The notes under the pieces were generated by a model. That model was given only the letters and a program-made list of their open reading frames with translations, was not told where the DNA came from and made no database searches. A DNA stretch of 64,000 nt from Octopus sinensis (Eukaryota), in the NCBI RefSeq assembly GCF_006345805.1, contig NC_043012.1, positions 25,234,001-25,298,000 of the forward strand. The letters are read 5' to 3'. The translations under genes and the position numbers were made by a program. Shown here in pieces: positions 1 to 10,955 of the stretch; the first letter of the stretch is position 1; every line of letters starts with the position of its first letter.

Positions 1-230
1 AAGTCTTTAGAGGTGCTGCCGGTTCGAGATAAACTCTACAAGCACGGGTGTGCGGTCAGACGTACTTTTCTGAGATTTCCGCAGAGGATCAACATTGTTC
101 TGCCTGCAGTTTTTCAGTGTCCGAGCGTTGCTAACTTCTGCAGTTATGTCGAACAGCTCCTGTTGCGTGTAGGACATATCCGACTATAGGTGAAAAGGAA
201 GTGGGGTCATCTGGTATACGAGATCGAAAC
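1..230 (+). mobile_element. Degraded Tx1/L1-clade LINE ORF2 C-terminal (zf-RVT-like) fragment
   Basis: Frame 1 reads KSLEVLPVRDKLYKHGCAVRRTFLRFPQRINIVLPAVFQCPSVANFCSYVEQLLLRVGHIRL*. This resembles the LPxxxxL..G...C..C...ET..H...CP zinc-binding region after RT in Tx1-type LINEs, with the Cys/His ligands partly decayed. Recognised by eye. Confidence 0.5.
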
Positions 231-510
231 TTATGAAGGTAGGGACATTCCTCTTCGACAGAACTCACAGCGACGACAGTACAAGATATACATATGTTAA
301 ATGGATTTCCCTTAAATTCAAAAGTGTATCTCGTTCGAACGTTGTTAAAAACCGCAAGGCAATGTGTTATGCGATGTATGATACTGCCAAACTAAAATAT
401 ATATCATTATTATAATAATCGTGTAAAGGTCATGAAAACACCATAAAGAAATGGATACAATACGTAAAATAAAGTTTACTTTATGTTTTGATACTTTTTT
501 CTTCTTAATG

Positions 511-715
511 CGAGCTGGAAGAATTGTTAGCGAGCCAGGAGAAATAACATTTCGTCCGTTTTTACGTTCTGAGTTCAAATTCAAAGATGAACTTAACCTT
601 TCGTCTTTTACGGGGTCGATAAAATAAGTGTGAGTTGAGCACTGGGGTCGATTTAATCGACTTAGTCCCTCACCCAAAACTGCTGGTCTTGTGCCAAAAC
701 GTGAAATCAATACTT
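511..715 (+). mobile_element. tRNA-derived SINE, family A
   Basis: CGAGCTGG..GAAT.GTTAGC head, B-box-like GAGTTCAAAT and GGGGTCGATAAAATAAGT body, shared with many other copies in the window. Confidence 0.85.
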
Positions 716-764
716 CGATCAGTTTGGTTGATGTGTGGTAAATAATATAGATTTCTCTTTTTTC

Positions 765-850
765 TCACTTGCTGGAGTGAGTTTATTGAAAGATGGGTGA
801 TAGTGCCAAAACTGACAAGAATCGCACTGCTCTAAGTATATGCTTGCGAC
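765..850 (+). mobile_element. Probable extreme C-terminus of the same Tx1-like ORF2
   Basis: Reads EFIERWVIVPKLTRI, matching the F.xRW terminal motif of L1/Tx1 ORF2. It is separated from 1-230 by a SINE and unique DNA. Confidence 0.35.
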
Positions 851-1179
851 TCGGGAGAGAGAATTGTCTTTAAGTTTCTATTTTCTCCATTCTTACGACA
901 CAAAGCAACACATTATCATACCATCTCTGTTCCTTACACAGTGGTGAACCCGCTTCAAAAGATAATTCACACACACACACGTAAACACACATACGCACAC
1001 ACACGCACACGCACACACACATTTGATACTAGCAAGAAAGATGAAAATAGAGAATAGATTAGTATCAAATTTTGTTTATCTCAAGTACGAGATGTGTGGG
1101 AATAAATTTTCACTCAGTTTAGGAGAAATGAAATATAACAATTACATATATAAATGGTTTAATATTTAGTCGTTTCTTA

Positions 1180-1395
1180 GGCGCCGAGGTGGCAGAAACG
1201 TTAGCACTCCGGGCGAAATATCTAGCGTTATTTTGTCTGTCTTTACGTTCTGGGTTCAAATTCCGCCGCACTCTATTTTGCCTTTCATCCTTTCGGCGTC
1301 GATTATATAAGTACTACTTACGTATTGGGGTCGATCTAATCGACTGGCCCCCTCCCTCAAAATTTTGGGCCAGATGACTAGAGTAGAATAGAATA
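1180..1395 (+). mobile_element. SINE family A
   Basis: GGCGCCGAGGTGGCAGAAACGTTAGCA...GGGTTCAAATTCCGCC...GGGGTCGATCTAATCGAC. Confidence 0.9.
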
Positions 1396-1496
1396 TTTAA
1401 TGGTACAAAACTGGTACCATAGAATATTTATGGTAGAAAACTGAAAGTAGCTATAACACGTCATGCTCTCACTCTTTCATTCCCTCCATGTATATG

Positions 1497-1529
<33 letters not shown>

Positions 1530-1534
<5 letters not shown>

Positions 1535-1725
1535 CCGTTGGCGATTTTTTTCCTCTGTCTTCCCTTCTCGGGATCTTTCCTTTTCCTATGTTTCTGACGA
1601 AGAGCTCCGCTCGAAACGTAAGACCCTCCTTCTTCCCTTCCTTCCTGAGCGTCCAATAACACTATATTTGTTCCACGTCCTCGCGTTGTTGTGTTTTCTC
1701 TTTGTGTTTTCATGTTTGGATTAAC
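1530..1725 (+). mobile_element. Penelope-like repeat fragment (family B1) containing a minimal HHR
   Basis: Homologous to 17320-17500 and 60290-60440; contains CTGACGA-A-GAGC-TCC-GCTC-GAAAC-GTA. Confidence 0.7.
1590..1624 (+). ncRNA. Minimal type I hammerhead ribozyme motif (B1)
   Basis: GUUU / CUGACGA / A / stem II GAGC-UCC-GCUC / GAAAC / GUA / AGAC. Stem I is GUUU:AGAC and stem III is the palindrome ACGU (dimer-type). Confidence 0.7.
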
Positions 1726-2186
1726 TTATATATATACCATTCTGCTTAAATAATGGAACTGCAGATACAATATCCATGCGTATCTCACGTGTTTTTATTC
1801 CTCCACTCCACTCCACTCTGTATTTCATATCTTCTCTATAATAACTATTACTTAAACATTTTCTCGCACCGTCTCTGATGAAGGGATATATAAAATGTCC
1901 CGGAAACAGCTGCAAGGCCTTCTTTTTATAAATGTTCTGAAAACTATTCACAGACTTGGATTTTTTAATCCCATTCTATTAATTATATATATATATGTAT
2001 GGATTCTAATATACGACGTATGTTGGACTCCTCATTCGTATCATTATTGAACCTGGAGCTTAACTGTAATCTGTCCGTAGCTCTTACTCAGCATTACCTA
2101 ACACCTATGGGTCTCGTGACACTAATACCTCTTATATATATATCATATATATATTATATATATATATATATATATGTAAACTCTAA

Positions 2187-2245
2187 ATGGCACTCCGTCG
2201 GTTACGACGACGACAGTTGCTGTCGATCAGATCGACCGAACGGAT
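2187..2245 (-). mobile_element. 3' tail of SINE family F
   Basis: GGCACTCCGTCGGTTACGACGAC is the reverse complement of the tail at 32620-32645, 40755-40776 and 50800-50818. Confidence 0.75.
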
Positions 2246-2689
2246 GTATGTATATGTGTGTATGTCTATATATGCACACATATACCTAGTTACATACATA
2301 TATACATACATAACTATATACATGCACGCAGCAGTAGCCACATATCATCACTCACTATCTGTAGTTACGTATGTTGTATGTGTATATGTGTGGTGTGTGT
2401 GGTGTGCGTGAGTGTGTGTGTGTGTGGGGGGGGGGTTGGATGTCTGTATTAATATAGAAATATTCCAGTCTCGTTTCATCTTTTCCTCTCTCATCTAAAT
2501 TCGGTTAGCTTCTTCACATTCATCTCTTTCTTTGAAAAAATCACTTGCGTATCTTCTCGAACTTTCAAAACATCCCAGTCATTACGAATGTCATCAACAT
2601 CATTAAGGTAGTAATTGATGAAAAGCATTTACAATTACCACGATCCTCTTCGTTTTCGCCTGCGTCATCGTTGTCTTCATCATCCTTAC

Positions 2690-2842
2690 TACCATCACAT
2701 CGTCCTCATCTTCATAATTATCTTCATCAACGGCACCATCACCACGGCTACCACCACCACCACGATCCTCATCCCCATCGTCATCATCATCACCATCATC
2801 ATCATCATCACCACCACCACCACCACCACCACCACCACCACC

Positions 2843-2892
<50 letters not shown>

Positions 2893-2905
2893 CGCCATCA
2901 TCACC
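2690..2905. repeat. (CAT)n/(CAC)n trinucleotide array
   Basis: Read directly; explains the poly-H/T/I/M/V ORFs. Confidence 0.95.
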
Positions 2906-3271
2906 GTCTTCATCAACAGCAAAACGTACATTACTCTATTAGCTATGTCTCCCTTTTTCTTCCTCGCTTCCTCATTATGTGACATTATCAAAACAATCAT
3001 AATAATTATCGCCACAATATTTTTTATTATCTTTAATATAGTAACTATTATCGTAATGATGATTATAATTCTGATTATAGTCCTTATCGAATTCCTTAAC
3101 AATATGGTGAATATAATTGCAATAATGATCCTTATAATTATTCAATTTTTAAAAACGACTTCTGTAAATATTACGACAAATTATTTTCGCTAATGTTTTC
3201 TCTGATTTTTTATCCACGGCAATGAGTGTAGGCATGCATGTCTATTTGTCTGTCTGTCCGTCTGTTTGCGA

Positions 3272-3329
<58 letters not shown>

Positions 3330-3458
3330 ATGTATGTATGTATGTTGTTATGTATGTATGTATGAATGTATGAATATATGTTTATGTACGGGTATGAATG
3401 TGGATATATATACTCGCATAAATGTGCGTTTCCATGAATGTGTATGTATGTGTGTGTG

Positions 3459-3517
<59 letters not shown>

Positions 3518-3534
3518 GTAGCTATTACACATTT

Positions 3535-3672
3535 TTTATTTTCTCTCCTTGTTTCTTTCTGTGTTACTTTCTGTGGAAGAGCGTAGGCTCGAAACGTTAA
3601 AGACTTGTTCACTTCCCGAGCGTTATACTAATACATCTGTTTGTTGTCTACACCACCTGCTTATACACCCTC
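3535..3672 (+). mobile_element. Penelope-like repeat family B2 with HHR-like motif (3567-3602)
   Basis: CTTT-CTGTGGA-A-GAGC-GTAG-GCTC-GAAAC-GTT-AAAG; homologues at 9640, 10090, 51765, 59875 and 63750. Confidence 0.75.
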
Positions 3673-3682
3673 CCACACACAC

Positions 3683-3726
<44 letters not shown>

Positions 3727-3746
3727 TAATAGAATATATATAATAT

Positions 3747-3785
<39 letters not shown>

Positions 3786-3831
3786 CACATATCCATGTAC
3801 ACATAAAGTTTCAATATATGTAGTCCGATAT

Positions 3832-4075
3832 GGTGGAAAGCTGGCAGAATCGTTAGCACACCAATCAAACTATTTTGAGCCATTTCGTCCGTCTTTACGT
3901 TGTAAGTTCAAATTACACCGAGGTTGACTTGTCCTTTTGGTATGGACAAAATTCCGTAGTTAAATGGAAGTTTTCACTTTCTACGATCAATGGTATGGAG
4001 ATATAATCGAACTATCCTCTGCCCTCATCGCGCCCCACCCAAAATTGTTGGCCATGCGCCGAAATTTAATACCAA
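3832..4075 (+). mobile_element. SINE family A with a foreign 42-bp segment
   Basis: The SINE head and tail are recognisable; 3951-3992 is identical to 5441-5482. Confidence 0.85.
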
Positions 4076-5120
4076 TATATGTAGTACCTTGGCTCTTTGT
4101 AAAAGGAGTAAAAGAAAAAGAAAAGGGGAAAATACGTGCTCTTATGCTCAGTACTCATACACTTCCACGGAAGCAACTGATGTAGACAGCTACTTTATTT
4201 CTATATTCATAATTTAAAAAAAAACAATGTTTATTTGCCCTCTCTTGGATTCGAACTCAGGCTACATTGATATGGAGCAAATATCGCAGAGCCTTCTATC
4301 CGATGAAATTCAACTGTTCTGCTAATTCACAATTTTCATCTTCAGCACTTCGGAAATTACTAATATTCTTTTCTAATAAGAGAATTTTCTGAAACTGTTA
4401 AGCGAAAATACATGCTCTCCATTACTGGATACATGGACACACGAACGTGTAGCAATCCACACTTTCCCATTTCTATTTGCAAAGCGAAGTGAAGAAATAT
4501 GATTATTGGATCATAGGGGAAATGGAGAAACTTGTTGAAGATAATTCACTGAAGCTCTTTGACTTTGATGTACAACGATTCCGAACATAATTGCAATTAT
4601 TTCATAAATCTGTCACGACGTGTTATTTGCAGTTGGAGATATAATTAGATTTACACTCTTCAACTGCGCTTTATAAATACTGCAAGGAAATCAAACTGAA
4701 TATTGCTTAAGAGTGACATTAGTGGTGAAAGTATACATGTAACATGCCAACTTAATAAGATATTCTCCAACTCTCACACTACCACTCGACCAGCTAGAAA
4801 TATTAGCCAATTAACATCAAAACAATAGTTTTAATCTTAACATAGCAACAAAGAAAAACACTCATGTTAAATAATGTCCTACAAACGCATGAGTAAGTGG
4901 GATTTACGCGACTACGGTTTCTTTGAATCATAAACCTGTCGAGATCAATCCTGATCGAGATCTAAACAACAGCCCCCGAAATTAATTCTGTAATACTTTT
5001 ACGTGGCCGAGTGGTTAAACTGTTTGTTTTGCCTCTACGTCGGATCGTGGGTTCGATATTGTGGTTAGCCTTGGTCATGTATTTTTATTATAGTCGGAAT
5101 TTTGAAGTATGTGTTGTATG

Positions 5121-5175
<55 letters not shown>

Positions 5176-5194
5176 GTTCTTTATTGCCGAAGAT

Positions 5195-5386
5195 GCTAAA
5201 CATAGAGGGGGCAAACAAAGACGTTAAGGCGACTACATTGACCCCCGACTACAACAAATTTCATCGATTCTGAAAGGATGAAAGGCAAAGCTGACCTTTG
5301 TTGAATTTGAACTCAGAACGTAACGGCAGATGAAATACTTGTAAGCACTTCGCTCGGCGTGCTAACGATTCTGCCAGCTCGCCGCC
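5195..5386 (-). mobile_element. SINE family A
   Basis: Ends in ...GCTAACGATTCTGCCAGCTCGCCGCC, the reverse complement of the family head. Confidence 0.9.
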
Positions 5387-5879
5387 GATTAAGCAATACT
5401 TATATTATTACAGTGATACTCTACCGCTATTACATGAGGCATTCCGTAGTTAAATGGAAGTTTTCACTTTCTACGATCAATGATTTTAAAGCTCAATGGC
5501 GTCAATAAAACTGAACATCCCATTTCACCTGACCCAGTAAAGAAAACTAAAGATTTTTTCTTTAATATCAAAGCTTAACAAACTATCACGAACGTAAAAA
5601 TGCTTAGAAATAATAAAATTTTCATGATAGACAATAGGAGGAAGGCAGCATCGTTAGCGAATGTTGATTCAATAAGTATTATTAGTAATATATAATGGAT
5701 TCTCATGTCTAAAACGACAACGTATGAGCGTACAGCTTTTTCCGAACGACCTACATAAGTGGTTTGTTTATAGTGATCAAATGTTCGTGCCGCACATAAC
5801 CACACACTCTTCATTACATCGACGCCGCCTAAAAAGAGGCACTGTGTGCCACGCGTCAGATGAATTGATCGCAGATTGA

Positions 5880-5998
5880 ATTGATCGTAAGATGAAATGT
5901 TTTGCCCAAGAACACAACACACCGCCCACTCTAGGAATTGAAACAGTGATTTCCTGAACGTGAGTGCAACAACCGAACCACTAGGTCATGCGTCCACA
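5880..5998 (-). mobile_element. Degraded tRNA-SINE head (family E/F type)
   Basis: TTGCCCAAGAACACAACAC...GGAATTGAAAC...AACCACTAGGTCATGCG matches the reverse complement of the head at 33551. Confidence 0.65.
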
Positions 5999-6139
5999 CA
6001 CTAGTATATAGTTGATGTATTAAAAACTCAAATGATTGCCTACCAGTTATGAATTATATTATGATCATCAGGGATTGCTTATCAGATCACCTAAGTGACG
6101 AACATATGAAGAGAATGCTTTTAGAGTAAGTCATGAGAA

Positions 6140-6179
<40 letters not shown>

Positions 6180-6461
6180 GTCTTTGTATATATGTATTAA
6201 AAGGATTAAAAAAAGCTGATAAGATCCAAAAAATCGAATAATCATCATCGTTGCCGACGGAGGATTTAGTCGTTATTTGTCTTTTTTACCTTTTAAAGCA
6301 TTTGAAATTTCTTTGTGCTTAGGTGTAGAGTGTATGAGTCCGCGTGGTGTGGGCGTCCTTACGCATGTGTGTGCTTGTGTGGTGCATACATAAATACATA
6401 CATACATACATACATACATATAATATATTTATATATATATATATTTGTATATATGAGTATT

Positions 6462-6506
<45 letters not shown>

Positions 6507-6989
6507 CTATATCTATATCTATATATTTGTATATATGTATATCTGTATATATATATATATATATATATAGATATATATACATAATATATATATACATGAT
6601 TATATGTTTGTGTGTGCATGCGTAGGCGCGCGTGACATGTATTTGCACATATAACTATTACCACTCATTGCAAGTTTTATGTGCACGATTCATCATAATC
6701 AAACATGATCGATAAAATGCGCAGACGTGTATCTGCACATGCGTGTGTGGCGCATTGACAGAATCAGGCCAAAACAGCATTCGTGGATGCTGTAAATGTT
6801 ATGCTTGCTCAGCACATCATATAACACACATAATCTTAATACTTACAATTAATTCTGCTACCGTAATATAACATATGTGCATAGAAAAGTGCATACACAT
6901 ACACACACAAGGATACACACGTATGAATGTATGTGCATAAACGTATATACATACAGATATATTTATACATACATGTAGATATATATTAT

Positions 6990-7020
<31 letters not shown>

Positions 7021-7671
7021 GTATAATATATATATATAATATACATATTACATGTATGCACCCAGACTCACACACACATATATATATTATACACACAGTT
7101 ATAAATATACATCTTTACATATGTACATACACTCATACGCCGAGTTTCATATACTCTTGTTCACATACACACGCGCACACACACATACAGAGTTGCACAA
7201 ACACAGACACGCACTCACGCACACAAGCACACTCACTTAAACTAACATTAAAAGCTTTGAAAGGTGAAAAGTATGAATAATTTAATCCTCCAACGGCTAC
7301 AACGATGATTATTGCAGTTGCTTGATCTTATCAGCTATTATCTGATGGTTTTATGATACAAGTGGGTCAGAATTTCACAAGTATTTGCACTTTTAATGTA
7401 AGCTTGAGGCGAAATAAGCAACGCAATTGTTGAATACACTTGCAGAAGTAGGCATATCAGTACGGTGGACTTCGCTATCGCAACCACGTGACGCCCTTGT
7501 GTTTATTAAATGAGAACACTCAAATAATCAAACGCTGAGGGGTAAGATTCTCAGAAACACACCAGGATATACACACCAACGTATACACAGTTATATAATG
7601 TCACACACATATTTAAACTCAGTAAAATACACAAACACACACACACACACACACGCAAATACATGAGATTA

Positions 7672-8005
7672 GAGTTAGAAAATTACATTCCGAGGCACAA
7701 GTCCAGGCAAGGTTGTTCTTAAGGAAGGCCAGCAATCTCCCATGCATACCAGATTCCCCTCTCCACGCCACCGATGTTTTCCAAGGGAAAGGCAAAGGGG
7801 CTGATACAGCTTGGCACCTGTGACGTCGCTACTCATTTCTACAGCTGCGTGAACTGGAGCAACGTGAAATATAGGTCTTTTCGTCACTGTGACTGGCTGT
7901 GTATTTTATATCCTAAGAACGCAACACAATGCCTGGTCCAGGAATTGAACGCAGTACCTCATAATCGTGAGCCCGACGCTCTAACCACTGAGCCATGCAC
8001 ATTTA
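7672..8005 (-). mobile_element. SINE family E, near full length, with a 37-bp foreign insertion
   Basis: Collinear reverse complement of 33551-33887; 7880-7916 matches 8727-8763. Confidence 0.9.
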
Positions 8006-9639
8006 CACTATCTATCTATCTAGCTAGCTAGCTAGCTGGCTATTTATCTATCTGTCTGTCTATCTATCTCTCTATCATACGCACATACACACACTCACAC
8101 GCATACGCATGTTCATATATACATAGGTGCATATTTATATGCATCTATATATACGAACATGGGCAAGTAAATAGAGGCATATACAGGGTTATTGAAAAGA
8201 ATGAACCGATTCGATTTCAGTGCGCAATATTTTAATAAGGAAAAGCAATAGAAAACTCCTGCTAAGTCACAGGTATTTACTTACAATCAACTTTTATTTC
8301 CTGTCACAGAAGTGTTTGACGGCATGTTCGTGCAGAATTTTTACAATGAAACGAGTTCTAGCCCTTGATCCACGTCAGCATCAAAACGCAAGTGCCAGAT
8401 GCTATACACTGTCAGGCAAACGCTTAACATATTCGATGAATTCAGTGAATTAGATGCCGAAAAATGTTACCCAGTGAGTAAGGATGACAGGCGTAGTGTA
8501 GGAAATAAATACAGTAATAGCTGAAAAGATTCGGATTATGAATATGGCGATACCAAATGGGGGCGCCAAGCGGGGTTCCACATGTATCAAGTAGGATTAC
8601 ACATGCTGGCCAAGACCGGGTACAAATGGCACAGGAACCGAGGTATAGGAACAAATAATGTCAAGGTGATCAGTTCCAAAGAGTTAAGAATCGTAGTCCA
8701 AGAGTTAAGAGTCTTTACTATCTCTGTTCGTCACTGTGACTGGCTGTGTATTTCATATCCTAAATAAGTCTTTCCTATCCTCAACGAATGTGTAACAAAT
8801 ACAATAATACATACATGAGCGCTGTAATCATGATCCATTGCAGTGCCAACAAGAGTGGGAAAAGAGAAGAGGGAAGATAACTATGCTGAAACCGGAAGCT
8901 TGCCGCGCATGCTTGTTACATGCTTTGATAATGGCAGCCATGATACTGAATAGTGGAACTGGAGCAGGCAACGTGTTAAGCATTCATTTCCTTGTAATAT
9001 TACAGGAAATTAAGAACAATAATAGTATAGATCCAGTGATTTAAGACTGTGAATGATATTTCAAGAAGGAATCTGAATATTCATTGTATATGTATGAGCT
9101 TGTGGTAATCATGTCTTCAAGTATGTTGATTAAGATCAGCGTTGAATCTAAAAATAATTTTTAAAAATGTATTTAAACATGCACTTCTATTTCGAGTATC
9201 TCTACCCCTCTTCCCATCTCCCTTTCCACCATAAGATCCATCGTAGCATCGTAGCAATTTGGATGTGGGCGGCAGCCCCACTCCTTCTCCGACATCCTCA
9301 CACCACCCTCACATCACGACACCCCAACACCGTCACACCACACCATACACCACCACACCACACATCACCACACCACTCCGCACACACAGGCACTGATCAC
9401 TATCCAACATCCACACCATCATCTACACACATTACAGACGCTCACACACACACGCACAAATCTACACGTCAAAGTTACCGGCCCCTATCTACACTCTCAC
9501 ACTTTCACATGCACACGCACGCGCACCTTCCTTTTGGGATCACCAATACTTTCTTATCGCCCTTTCTTCCTAGCTCTCCTGTCTAACTACCTCTGTCCAA
9601 CCAACTGCTATGATTGACCGCTAACTCCAAACGATATTT

Positions 9640-9780
9640 TATTTTCTCTCTGTTTATTTCATCGTGTTCCTTTCTGTTAAAGAGCGTAGGCTCGAAACGT
9701 AAAAGATTTTCTCACCTACTCGAACGTTAAACTAATACACCTGTCTTCGTATTTTGTTTTTCCGTAATTTTTGTTTTTCT
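9640..9780 (+). mobile_element. Family B2 fragment (HHR-like motif 9670-9705)
   Basis: CTTT-CTGTTAA-A-GAGC-GTAG-GCTC-GAAAC-GTA-AAAG. Confidence 0.75.
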
Positions 9781-10062
9781 GAGCAAATCCCAAATTTTAT
9801 TTAATTTTATTTGCGGAAGCAACTGTTTTATCGAACAGTTTTTAAATGCTCCAAATACGAGAGTAGAAAACAGCCAACACCTGATGAAGGGTCGGTCTTT
9901 ATGCTATTTGTCTTCTTTTTCTTTCGATGTTCAAAAAAATAGTTCATATTATATGTACTCGTACTTCGTATTTCTTTTTGTACACATTTCATGACATCAT
10001 GTGGCCACATATGCATATATATAAGTATGGAGGTAAGTATGTACATATACGTATGTATATAT

Positions 10063-10094
<32 letters not shown>

Positions 10095-10240
10095 CGAGAA
10101 AGGTTACGAAAATAAACAAAAGACAAAGGCAGGTGGAAGAGAAATAGAAAATGTCTTTTACGTTTCGAGCCTACGCTCTTCGACAGAAAGATACACAGAA
10201 AAAAACAAGGAGAGAAACAAAGAGAGAAAAAAATGCGTGT
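10095..10240 (-). mobile_element. Family B2 fragment (HHR-like motif 10155-10190)
   Basis: The minus strand reads CTTT-CTGTCGA-A-GAGC-GTAG-GCTC-GAAAC-GTA-AAAG. Confidence 0.75.
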
Positions 10241-10499
10241 AGGAGCTAACGATCTATTATGGCGTATATATATCCACACAGATGCACGCGTATGTGCAGA
10301 AATATAAGTAAATGTTTACACAAACACGAGTATATATGGATGTGTGAGTATATCAATGCGTGCGTGAGTCAGTGTATTTATTTCATGCATATATCATTTC
10401 GCTGAACAATCGTTGAGTTCGCGTCTGGTAATTACAAAAAAAAAGACATTCAGTAATTTACATACAATGCGATATAATACAATGCAATTACTCAAGGAA

Positions 10500-10569
10500 A
10501 ACATCTCCTCCTCCTCCTCCTCTTCCCTCTTCCTCACCTCACTACCACTAATAATAATAATGATAATAA

Positions 10570-10620
<51 letters not shown>

Positions 10621-10787
10621 GAAGAAGAAGAAGAATGATAATAATGATATTAATAATAATAATAATGATAATAATAATAATGATATTAATAATAATAATA
10701 ATATTAATAAAAATAATAATAATAATAATGATGATGATATTAATAATAATAATAATGATGATGATATTATTATTATTATTATTATTA

Positions 10788-10825
<38 letters not shown>

Positions 10826-10856
10826 GATAATAATAATAATAATAGTAATGATAATA

Positions 10857-10898
<42 letters not shown>

Positions 10899-10955
10899 TA
10901 ATAATAATAATAATAATTATAATAATAATAATAATAATAATAACAATAATACTGC
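10500..10955. repeat. (AAT)n-dominated compound microsatellite
   Basis: Read directly. Confidence 0.95.

Noticed and set aside
2545-3193. Poly-His/Thr/Ile/Met ORFs, and similar ORFs at 10394-11076, 22960-24163 and 41923-43323
   Set aside because: They are translations of trinucleotide microsatellites, open in several frames on both strands, with no domain content.
4450-4590. Protein-like stretch QSEVKKYDYWIIGEMEKLVEDNSLKLFDFDVQRFRT
   Set aside because: Short, bounded by stops, no convincing donor and no recognised homologue.
5005-5065. tRNA gene (GGCCGAGTGGTTAA...GGGTTCGAT)
   Set aside because: No complete cloverleaf; it is a decayed SINE head. The same applies to the other tRNA-like heads.
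6315-6664. Numerous YI/IY/CV/HT-repeat ORFs throughout the window
   Set aside because: They are (TA)n, (TG)n and (TACA)n artefacts.
8310-8478. Exon-like segment with a good acceptor (8309) and donor CA|GTGAGT
   Set aside because: All three frames contain a stop, and I recognise no protein.
9877-9900. CTGATGAAGG as a complete HHR
   Set aside because: No stem II closure and no GAAA.
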